Made by a program: the position numbers and the translations under genes
Assembly: GCA_040752415.1 (NCBI GenBank)
Contig: JBFMGU010000137.1
Location: 1 to 28,426, forward strand
DNA: 28,426 nucleotides
From: Myxococcota bacterium
GTDB lineage: Bacteria; Myxococcota; JACRCW01
Direction of reading: 5' to 3'
Notes under the pieces: model-generated
The model's database searches: none
The model's input: only the letters and a program-made list of their open reading frames with translations
Told to the model about the DNA's origin: nothing
Shown here: piece by piece, positions 16,057 through 23,593 of the stretch
How the letters are laid out: each line of letters begins with the position of its first letter
Numbering within the stretch: position 1 is the first letter of the stretch

Positions 16057-17538
16057 TCAGTGGGACGTGTTGAGCAGGATGCTCACGTCGTCACTGTTGT
16101 GATTGGCCACCGCCAGGTCAGGCCGGTGGTCCGCGTTGAAGTCACCCACCACAACGCCGTTGGGGTAGGTCCCGGCCGGGTAGTGCACCGCGGCCTGGAA
16201 GGTTCCGTCGCTGCGACCGAGCAGGATGCTCACGCGGCTGTCGGCATTGCTCACCGCCAGGTCGGGGGCGCCGTCGCCGTTGAAGTCGCCGGGGCTGAGC
16301 GCGTTGGGGCCGGTGCTGGCGGTGTAGGCGACGCGCGGCTGGAACTGGCTGCTGCCCAGGTTGCGCAGCACGTTGAGGCGGCTGGCGTCGGAGCTGGCCA
16401 CCACGAGGTCCGCATTCCCGTCGTGGGCGAGGTCCGCCGTGGCCAGCGCCCAGGGATAGGGCCCGGGCTGGAGCAGCAGGGCCGGAGCGAAGGCACCGGA
16501 ACCCGTCCCGTGCAACACCGCCACGTCCTCGCTGCCGTAGTTGGTCACCGCCAGGTCCGCGTGCCCGTCGCCGTTGAAGTCCGCCGTCACCAGCGAGGTG
16601 GCCTGCGTGCCGCTCACCTGCGCCACCGCGGGCCAGAAGCCACCCGTGCCGTTGTTCCGCAGCGTGCTGACCGTTCCGTCAAAGTTGGCCACCGCCAGGT
16701 CCGCCGCGCCGTCCTCGTTGAAGTCCGCCGCCACCACCGCGTTGGGGTTGATGCCCACCGCGTAGTCCACCGCCGGCTGGAAGCTGCCGTCGCCGTTGCC
16801 GCGCAGCACGCTCACCGTGCTGGCGAAGTGGTTGGTCACCGCCGCGTCGGTGGCGCCGTCGCCGTCCAGGTCCCTGAGCACCAGGGCGGTGGGCGCCGAC
16901 CCGGTGGCATGGCTGGTGGGGGCCTGGAAGCTGCCGTCGCCGTTGCCCAGCATCACCGCCAACGTGTTGGCGCCGAAGTTGGTGGTCACCAGGTCCAGGC
17001 GACCGTCGGCGTTGAGGTCCGCGCTGCCCACCGCCGTGGGAGAGCGACCCGCGCTGCGCGCCGGACGCGGAGTGAACTCCAGCACCGTCACGCCGCCGCC
17101 GCACACGTTGGCGGAGCAGGTCTGCGGCCAGGTGCACTGTCCACATGCCACCGTGCCGCCGCACCCGTCGGAGATCTCACCGCAGGTGTATTCCGCGGGG
17201 CAGCTGGTGATGGGCGTGCAGATGGGCGCGCCGGAGGAAGAGCTGGAGGAGCTCGAGGAGCTGGAAGAGCTGGAAGAGCTCGACGAACTGGAGGAGCTCG
17301 ACGACGACATCACCGCGCTCGACGAGCTGCTGGTGCGCGACTTCTTGCTGGTGGTGCTGGTCGTGGTGGAGCCGCTGCTGCTGCTGGCGGTGCGGAGGCC
17401 GGAGAGGCGGAGCTCGGATTCATCGGTGCTCTCCGCCGTGTTCACGTCGTCGCTGGTGGCTGCGGTGCACGCGCCCGTGAGCGCCAGCATCAGCGTCACC
17501 CCCAGCACTTCCTTCCAACGTCGTGAATCGTGAAACAT
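16057..17538 (-). CDS. FG-GAP/VCBS repeat (integrin-like beta-propeller) lipoprotein with poly-Ser linker and a short Cys-rich module
   Basis: GGAGG RBS and lipobox TGAC. Ser tract. CGEISDGCGGTVACGQC module. Seven D(F/L)xxDx-x-x-D(L/A)xVxx repeats. Confidence 0.92.
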   Translation of the reverse strand: MFHDSRRWKEVLGVTLMLALTGACTAATSDDVNTAESTDESELRLSGLRTASSSSGSTTTSTTSKKSRTSSSSSAVMSSSSSSSSSSSSSSSSSSSSSSSSSGAPICTPITSCPAEYTCGEISDGCGGTVACGQCTWPQTCSANVCGGGVTVLEFTPRPARSAGRSPTAVGSADLNADGRLDLVTTNFGANTLAVMLGNGDGSFQAPTSHATGSAPTALVLRDLDGDGATDAAVTNHFASTVSVLRGNGDGSFQPAVDYAVGINPNAVVAADFNEDGAADLAVANFDGTVSTLRNNGTGGFWPAVAQVSGTQATSLVTADFNGDGHADLAVTNYGSEDVAVLHGTGSGAFAPALLLQPGPYPWALATADLAHDGNADLVVASSDASRLNVLRNLGSSQFQPRVAYTASTGPNALSPGDFNGDGAPDLAVSNADSRVSILLGRSDGTFQAAVHYPAGTYPNGVVVGDFNADHRPDLAVANHNSDDVSILLNTSH

Positions 17539-17571
17539 GGTGGCCTCCGTCCCGTATCCGGAGGGCTCTGG

Positions 17572-17587
17572 AGCAACGGCCATGCCC
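17572..17587 (-). promoter_or_regulatory. Putative sigma54 promoter GGGCATG-GCCG-TTGCT for the FG-GAP gene
   Basis: GG-N10-GC with a consensus TTGCT -12 box, ~35 nt upstream of the ATG, leaving room for the RBS. Confidence 0.55.
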
Positions 17588-17727
17588 GGACCCGCGCGAC
17601 GCATGGGATCGCAAAAAGCCGCGTCCGGACGCGGAGTTCTGGAGGTGTGATCCGGCTGCCTACAGCGCGGTGGGGGGCACGGGTGCCCCGTGGAGGACGT
17701 CGAGGAGCGTGGCGGGCCGGCCCCGGG

Positions 17728-18639
17728 TCACGCGTCGAACACGGGGAAACCCAGCGCCACGTAGATGCAGAACGAGGCGAGCTGCGCGGCGCCGAGCCAG
17801 GTCACGTTCACCACGCGCGGGCCGGTGGGCCCCACCCGGCGGACATGCTGGAACACCAGGGCCTGTTGCACCGCTCCGGCGAAGAGCGCGGCATCCCGGA
17901 TGCGCAGCGGACCGAGGAAGTAGCCGAGCAGCGGGGTCAGGAAGCTGACCGCAATGGCCAGGAAGCAGAAGCGGTAGGCCCACGCTTCACCGTGCACCAC
18001 CGGGAAGGTGGGAATGCCCTCCACCTTGTCGCCGTCGATGTCGCGCAGGTCGAAGAGCACCTCGTAGGTGAGCTCCAGTGGGAAGAAGAACAGCACGAAG
18101 AGCGCGGCGCGTGTCAGCACCACCGGGTCGGACGTGTGCCCGCTGGCCAGCAGCGGCATCAGGATCACGCTGAGCACGAACAGGACCGCGCTGCTCACGT
18201 TCTTGAGCGCGTACATCTCCTTGAAGCGCGTCAGCCCGCCCTTCCAGGGAATGACCTTGTAGTTGTACGCCAGGCCGATGGCGTGGAAGACCAGGCGCAC
18301 CGGCGTGGCCTCCGGGAGCAGCAGGTGCCCCGCGAGCATCACCGCGGCCCAGAACAGCGCGGTGGCGACGGTGACGGCCACCATGTGCGCGGAGAGGAAC
18401 GCGGTGCCGGGCACGCCGTTGCGCGCGTCCTCCTTGAGGTCCACCACGCGGTTCAGCAGGTTGACCACGAACCAATCCCCGGCCACAAGGAAGGGGATGA
18501 CGGGATGGAAGCGCTCCATGAACAGCCAGCCGAACACCAGCGACGCCAACGACGCCATGGCCAGGATGTGCGGCCGCACCACCATCTGGAACACCGACCA
18601 CGCGGACGAGGAAAAGCTCGCGCTGCCCATGGCCCGCAT
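17728..18639 (-). CDS. UbiA-family prenyltransferase (subfamily unclear)
   Basis: Polytopic membrane protein with NRVVDLKEDARN (NxxxDxxxD), AYNYK, LKN and DLRDIDGD...GIPTFP motifs. The start may be 18630. Confidence 0.9.
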   Translation of the reverse strand: MRAMGSASFSSSAWSVFQMVVRPHILAMASLASLVFGWLFMERFHPVIPFLVAGDWFVVNLLNRVVDLKEDARNGVPGTAFLSAHMVAVTVATALFWAAVMLAGHLLLPEATPVRLVFHAIGLAYNYKVIPWKGGLTRFKEMYALKNVSSAVLFVLSVILMPLLASGHTSDPVVLTRAALFVLFFFPLELTYEVLFDLRDIDGDKVEGIPTFPVVHGEAWAYRFCFLAIAVSFLTPLLGYFLGPLRIRDAALFAGAVQQALVFQHVRRVGPTGPRVVNVTWLGAAQLASFCIYVALGFPVFDA

Positions 18640-18685
18640 TCCTTGAGCAACCGCGGGCCCGCCGTCAACCCTTCAAGGAATCACC

Positions 18686-19549
18686 GTGGATAGCCAGGCA
18701 CCCGTCAGGTTCGTGGAGTTGGTCAGCGTGTTCATCCTGGGCGCGTTCGTGCTCGCGCAGCCGCGCGCGGAGCGCAAGGGATTCCTCAAGGACGCGCTCA
18801 TCATCGGGCTGGCCGCGGTGCTCGGGGAGGAGACGTGCATCGCGTTCTATGAGTTCTACCGTTACAGCCCGCTGTGGTCGGTGAAGGTGCTGGAGGTGCC
18901 GGTGATGGTGGGCTGCATCTGGCCCGCCGTGGTCCTCAGCGCGCGACAGGTGGTGCGGGCGGTGCGCGGGGATACCCATCCGCTCGCGGTGGCGGGGGTG
19001 GTGCTGTTTGATGCCACGCTCGTCGAGGCGGTCAGCGTGAGGACCGGGCTGTGGCAGTGGATCGAGGGCGCGGTATTCGAGGTGCCCATCATCGGGCTCG
19101 TCGGGTGGGCGGCGTACGCGGGGGCGGCCAGCGCGGTGATGGACCATGTGTCGTTGTCTCCGGGGCGGAAGCCCACCGCCACGCCGGTCGTGGCCACGTG
19201 GTTGCGCCTGCTGGTCCCGCCCCTGGTTGCGCACCTGGTCCTGCTGGCGACGTGGTGGGGCGCGCTCCGCTGGATGCTGCGTGCCCCCCTCAGCGCCACG
19301 GTCCTGGCCACGTTGTCGGCCGTGGTGGCGCTGCTGCTCACCGTGGTGCTGTGGAAGAAGCGCGGGACCGTTCCACTCAGCATCATGGGGCCCCGTGCCG
19401 CGGCGGCCGTGTTGTTCTTCCTGCTCGTCGGGTTGCGGGGCACCGGGGCGCTCGAGCTCGCCATGTTCACCGTGCCGTTTGCCGTGCCCTACGTCGTGAT
19501 GACGCGGTGGTCCGCCCGGGTTTCACACACGCTCCACACCGTCGCCTGA
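18686..19549 (+). CDS. Polytopic membrane protein, CruF/DUF422-like (carotenoid hydratase-related) family
   Basis: Two internal repeats, GEE...FYRY...EVP...IW and D..VE..SV..GLWQW...EVP...GW. AAGGA RBS. Confidence 0.55.
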   Translation: MDSQAPVRFVELVSVFILGAFVLAQPRAERKGFLKDALIIGLAAVLGEETCIAFYEFYRYSPLWSVKVLEVPVMVGCIWPAVVLSARQVVRAVRGDTHPLAVAGVVLFDATLVEAVSVRTGLWQWIEGAVFEVPIIGLVGWAAYAGAASAVMDHVSLSPGRKPTATPVVATWLRLLVPPLVAHLVLLATWWGALRWMLRAPLSATVLATLSAVVALLLTVVLWKKRGTVPLSIMGPRAAAAVLFFLLVGLRGTGALELAMFTVPFAVPYVVMTRWSARVSHTLHTVA

Positions 19550-19583
19550 CGTCTTCACGCAGCTTTCGGCGCAGCATTCCCCT

Positions 19584-19599
19584 TGGCAACGCTCTTGCA
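19584..19599 (+). promoter_or_regulatory. Putative sigma54 promoter TGGCAAC-GCTC-TTGCA for the lipase gene
   Basis: Near-consensus -24/-12 boxes with exact GG-N10-GC spacing. Confidence 0.7.
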
Positions 19600-19611
19600 G
19601 TCGGCCGGGGC

Positions 19612-20565
19612 ATGACCCGCTTCCAACTCCTCCTTCTCCTCGTGGCGACGTCGCTGGCGTGCCAGGCGCCCCGTGCTGCGCAACGCACGGTCCCGGTTGA
19701 CGACGAGCCCTATCCCATCGTGCTGGTGCACGGCATCAGCGGTTTTCGCGAGATGGCGGGGATTCCGTACTTCGTGGGCGTGGCGGAGCGGCTGAGGGCG
19801 GAGGGGCACCGCGTGCTGGTGGCGGAGCTCAGCCCGTGGGCCACGGTGGCGGTGCGCGCGGAGCAGCTGGCCGCGCAGGTCGACGTCTTCCGACGACAAA
19901 CCGGCGCCGCCCGGGTGCACGTCGTGGCGCACAGCATGGGTGGGCTGGATGCACGCCATGCCATCACGCGGCTGGGTTTGGGCCCTGTGGTGGCCTCGCT
20001 CACGACGATGGGAACGCCCCACCGCGGCTCCCCGGTGGCCGACGCGTGGTACGCCGCGCACGTGCGACCCGCGGATGGCCTGCGCAACGTCTCCGCCGAC
20101 GTGTGGGCCGCCGTGGCCCGCGGACCGGACCAACCCAGCGACACCAGCGGCGCCGTCCATGACCTCACCACGCACGGCATGGCGCAATTCAACCGCGACG
20201 TCCCCGACCATCCGCAGGTGCGTTATTACAGCTTCGCCGGCCGCACGCTGACGGAAGGCGCGAGCGCCTGTGACGACGGCGTGTATCCCAATCCCCGCGC
20301 CATTGACCTCCCCCCGCCCGAGCTGGTGGCCACCACCAACCTGCTCATCCACGACGTCAGCGACGGATACGTGCCGGTGTGGAGCGCGCGGTGGGGCACC
20401 TTCATGGGGTGTGTCCCGGCCAACCACTATCGCCTGGTGGGGCACCTTGCCGGTTTCGTCGAGCTGCCCGGGGTGTGGGACCACCGCGCGTTCTACGCGG
20501 CGTGGGCGGAGGAGCTGGTGAGTGGCCGCGCCGCACGCCTCGCGAGGTCCGCCACGACGTGGTGA
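19612..20565 (+). CDS. Triacylglycerol lipase family I-like alpha/beta hydrolase, lipoprotein
   Basis: Lipobox SLAC. PIVLVHG oxyanion motif, nucleophile AHSMGG, GTPHRGS, SDGYV (Asp), ANH (His). Confidence 0.92.
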   Translation: MTRFQLLLLLVATSLACQAPRAAQRTVPVDDEPYPIVLVHGISGFREMAGIPYFVGVAERLRAEGHRVLVAELSPWATVAVRAEQLAAQVDVFRRQTGAARVHVVAHSMGGLDARHAITRLGLGPVVASLTTMGTPHRGSPVADAWYAAHVRPADGLRNVSADVWAAVARGPDQPSDTSGAVHDLTTHGMAQFNRDVPDHPQVRYYSFAGRTLTEGASACDDGVYPNPRAIDLPPPELVATTNLLIHDVSDGYVPVWSARWGTFMGCVPANHYRLVGHLAGFVELPGVWDHRAFYAAWAEELVSGRAARLARSATTW

Positions 20566-20567
20566 GC

Positions 20568-20726
20568 CCGTGGGTGGTGGGGTGGGCGTGGTGTCGTTGG
20601 GGAGGTTGAAGCTCAGCCTCTGCGCACGAATGCGTGGGACGTCTCGCCGGGGGACCGTCGTCGGACGGCAAAGGGGCGAGGGCGTCGATACCTTTTCGCG
20701 CACCACGCCCACCCCTCCACCCGCGG
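20568..20726. repeat. Inverted repeat IR4 (26-bp arms at 20568-20593 and 20701-20726, 107-bp spacer)
   Basis: CCGTGGGTGGTGGGGTGGGCGTGGTG versus the reverse complement of the right arm: 2 mismatches. It begins 3 nt after the lipase stop. Confidence 0.8.
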
Positions 20727-20754
20727 AGCGCAGCCGCCACCCCGGATTGCCCGG

Positions 20755-21126
20755 TCAGACCAGCACTGCGACAGCGCGTAGTGCCGGCGGAGCCGTTTTT
20801 CGTAGTCCTCGGTGAGGATCACTTCTTTGAAGACCCGCAGAATCTCTGGGCTGCGCTCCGTCTGGAGGTTGATCGGGTCGAGGAAGGTTCTGCCCAAGAC
20901 GGGATCGACGTCGCCATCCGGAAACGCATGGGTTGATGGTTGCCAGCCGCTCGGCCGAACGGAACGAGAGCACGTTCAGGATGACGCGCTGACAGTCACA
21001 GGCGGGATCCGCACAGTAGACCTCGTCAAAGACGAGCGTATCCCAAGCACCGGACATGGGCGTGGCGGTGCGCGTCTCCGTTCGCGCCACGTCAGGGAGA
21101 ACGAAACGAAGGCCAACCATTTCCAC
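20755..21126 (-). pseudogene. Frameshifted conserved hypothetical gene (YCxDPxCDCxRV family, often SEC-C associated)
   Basis: GAGGAG RBS. Frame 1 gives ETRT...EVYCADPACDCQRV...ATIN. Removing one base from the G run at 20930-20932 continues as HAFPDGDVDPVLGRTFLDPINLQ...YEKRLRRHYAL. The 3' end is uncertain. Confidence 0.7.
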
Positions 21127-21160
21127 GACGGTTTCTCCTCAGGGCATCCTGGCGTTGAAC

Positions 21161-21386
21161 TGTTACGCGGCGGTTCCCATTCGGATGGACCGGGAAGTCA
21201 TGGCCCTTGGACGCGGAATCGCAGACAAGAATGGCTGCGCCACGAGGAATCGAGCCGTCGACAGGGTGCTCACGGGCATTGGTTGTCGAAGCGGCTTCAA
21301 TGAATCGTGGCGCAGCCATTGTTGTCTGCGATTCCGCGTCCAAGGGGCCATCACTTCGCAGGTGTCAGGTCCACCCGCCGTGACAC
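21161..21386. repeat. Long hairpin element IR3 (core arms 21194-21245 and 21305-21357) with two GTGG-tagged REP-like palindromes
   Basis: The core arms differ by 2 substitutions and 1 indel. REP-like GTGGCGCAGCCATT(C/G)TTGTCTGCG occurs at 21307-21330 (+) and 21220-21243 (-). Outer stem TGTTAC..GGCGG / CCGCCGTGACA. Confidence 0.88.
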
Positions 21387-21792
21387 CCGAATAACACGAC
21401 GATGACGACGTGAACCATGGAGGGGCTGCCGAGCCGCGCTGACGGTGAAGCCGGCGCAGTGGGCGCGGTTCGTCAGTCCGGGCCACGCCGGCGCCGAAAC
21501 GTTCGCGAAGACGCGCCGCGGGATTCACCTGGAGCCACGCCACAGTCGCGACGCTGTCCGTCACCGTGAACCTGCGGGTCATGGCGTCCACAAGCTGGTG
21601 AGCATGAGAACGCCAGTCCCTGCGGTCATGATGCCGACCGGGACCTGGTGCTGGCGGATACCGAGGAGAACAGTGTGTTGGTGCTGCGCCGCCGTGACGG
21701 GGAGGTTCTCCAGAGAATTTGCGACCCTGTCACCCTCCTGCCACATGCTTCGGGCATGAGTTGTCACCGTCGAGAAAACGGGATGGTGACGC

Positions 21793-22428
21793 ATGGCGGA
21801 CGTGGTGGTGCCGGTGCTGCGGCGATGGGATCCGTACCCCGGGTGGTTGCGTGACCTGGCGGAGCAGGCCTTCGAAGCCGCGCAAGTGATGATGCAGTGT
21901 TGTCAGCGTGGTCGGCCCGCGCTGCGTGAGCCCGCGGTGGCGCGCCTGCTGGAGCTGCAGGACTCCGCCATGAAGACGGCGCGGCGGACCTGGGACGCGC
22001 TGATGCGCCAGAGCCCCTCGGAGCTGCCCCACGCGGAGATCTTCACGCTCTCGGTGGACCTCGCGGAGATCCCGTGCCTGCTGTACGCGGCGGGCGCGCG
22101 CATGGTGTGGTCGGAACTGGAGCTGACGCCGGCCACCGCGCACCTGGCTGCTCTCGTCGTGGAGGGGACCAACCATCTCCACGTTGCCGCGCGCATGCTC
22201 GGCTCCCCCGCCGCGCGCATGCACGTGCTGGCGGTGATGGACGTGCACACCCATGCCAATGATGTCCACGCCGCGCGCGCGGCCCAGCTCCGTCAGCAGT
22301 GGGGTCGCGGGGAGGCGTTGGCGCAGGCGTTGGAGGTGTTGGAGCTGCTGCGCCACGCCAGCGAGCTGTGCGCGCAGGCCGCCGAGAGCGTGCACCTGAT
22401 GATCCCGCGCGGGGAGGCCGCGGCCTGA
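21793..22428 (+). CDS. Degenerate DUF47 / PhoU-like helical protein
   Basis: 211 aa, all-helical. The spacing of RLLELQDSA...LPHAEIFTLSVDL...EVLELLRHASELCAQAA mirrors DUF47 (I..LEH.AD...TP.DREDI..L...LD...EIYE.LE...D.CEDVA). Alignment by eye only. Confidence 0.55.
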   Translation: MADVVVPVLRRWDPYPGWLRDLAEQAFEAAQVMMQCCQRGRPALREPAVARLLELQDSAMKTARRTWDALMRQSPSELPHAEIFTLSVDLAEIPCLLYAAGARMVWSELELTPATAHLAALVVEGTNHLHVAARMLGSPAARMHVLAVMDVHTHANDVHAARAAQLRQQWGRGEALAQALEVLELLRHASELCAQAAESVHLMIPRGEAAA

Positions 22429-22532
22429 TGCCCCCGGACGCGCCCGACCCGCAGCTGAAGGGTTGGAGCGTCCTGCTGCTGACCCTCTTTGGTCTGAACG
22501 TGGCCTGGGTGGTGTGGCACCTGACGCGGTGA
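22428..22532 (+). CDS. Small single-TM protein (34 aa) MPPDAPDPQLKGWSVLLLTLFGLNVAWVVWHLTR
   Basis: TGATG stop/start overlap with the upstream gene; GGGGAGG at 22411-22417; one hydrophobic helix. Confidence 0.5.
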   Translation: MPPDAPDPQLKGWSVLLLTLFGLNVAWVVWHLTR

Positions 22533-22804
22533 GCGCCGCCCGGGTGCCCGGCCCAAATACCTCGACGTCATCTGGTGCCCCGTCAACGTCGCACAGCGTG
22601 AACGAGCACGACGTGGACGCAGGGTGCCGTCGGAGGAGATGTCCATGCTTGGACGACTAACGCGAGCCGAAGTGCACCCGATCCGTCCAACCGGATGAGG
22701 TTTGCGCAGGTTGCGACATCCGCGCTCAGCGCGGTGCTTGACGGGATCGAGCCCTGGGCGGACCATGGAGCGCGTTGCTCGTCGTTGCCGAGAAGGAGGC
22801 TGAG

Positions 22805-23578
22805 GTGCTTCCAGGTTGCCCGACGCCAGTCTCTCGCGTGTCATCCGATGTGCTCCTGCGCCGCCTGACGCGTTGCCTGGCGGGAATGAGCGCCTGCCTG
22901 GCGCTGGGGAGCGCCGCACCGGCCGCGTGGGCGCAGGAAGCGGGCAGCCCCCCGGCCCAGCCGCCCCAGCCGGTTGCTCCGCCCGTCGCCACGGGGATCC
23001 TGGAGGTGGCCACCGACGTCGCCGGTGCCGAGGTCCTCCTGGACGACAAGCCCGTGGGCGTGACGCCGCTGCGCCTGGAGGCGGTGCCAGCTGGCGAGCA
23101 TGACCTGGCGGTGAACCTGGCGGGCCGGGAGCCCGTGCGCCGCCGGGTGACGGTCCAGTCCGGCGGGACGGTGCGGCTGGAACTGGCGCCACCCGCGCTG
23201 GCCCCCCCGCCGCTGGCCCCCGTGGCTGCCGAGGCCCCGCCTCCTGGCCCCTCCGCCGAGGAAGCGTGGCGGGAGGTGGCGCTCTCGGTGCTCAACCTGC
23301 CTTGGGCCGGGCTGGCAGTGGGCGTCACCTTTGCGCTGCTGCTCACCGCGGCGGTGATGTTCACCAGCACGCCTGCCGACCTGCCCCTCTTCGAGAGCGC
23401 CGGCATCGCCATCGACGACCAGCAGTGGCGCTGGACGGCCGTCGCCGCGCTGGCGGGCGGCGTGGTCACCGGCAGCGTGGCGCTGGTGTTGCTGGTCGTG
23501 CGCACCACGCCGGTGGAGAAGCTTGTCACCGCGGTCCGTGCCAGCACCAAGGGTTCCGAGAAGCAGTCCCCCCGCTGA
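22805..23578 (+). CDS. PEGA domain protein with C-terminal hydrophobic helices
   Basis: AAGGAGG RBS before GTG 22805. Signal peptide ending AAWA-Q. PEGA motif G.L.V.TDVAGAEVLLD...G.TP......GEH. Confidence 0.85.
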   Translation: MLPGCPTPVSRVSSDVLLRRLTRCLAGMSACLALGSAAPAAWAQEAGSPPAQPPQPVAPPVATGILEVATDVAGAEVLLDDKPVGVTPLRLEAVPAGEHDLAVNLAGREPVRRRVTVQSGGTVRLELAPPALAPPPLAPVAAEAPPPGPSAEEAWREVALSVLNLPWAGLAVGVTFALLLTAAVMFTSTPADLPLFESAGIAIDDQQWRWTAVAALAGGVVTGSVALVLLVVRTTPVEKLVTAVRASTKGSEKQSPR

Positions 23579-23593
23579 CCAGGGAGGCCCGGC

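Noticed and set aside
16796..17533. ORF containing an EELEELEEL repeat
   Set aside because: It is the reverse-strand reading of the poly-Ser linker of the FG-GAP lipoprotein.
19051..19611. N-terminal extension of the lipase ORF
   Set aside because: It overlaps the membrane protein gene. The lipobox and sigma54 motif support ATG 19612.
22533..22804. Riboswitch (for example cobalamin) upstream of the PEGA/TonB receptor genes
   Set aside because: Only short hairpins (ATCCG/CGGAT, CCGCGCT/AGCGCGG). I could not find B12-box or other riboswitch consensus motifs. An Rfam scan would settle it.
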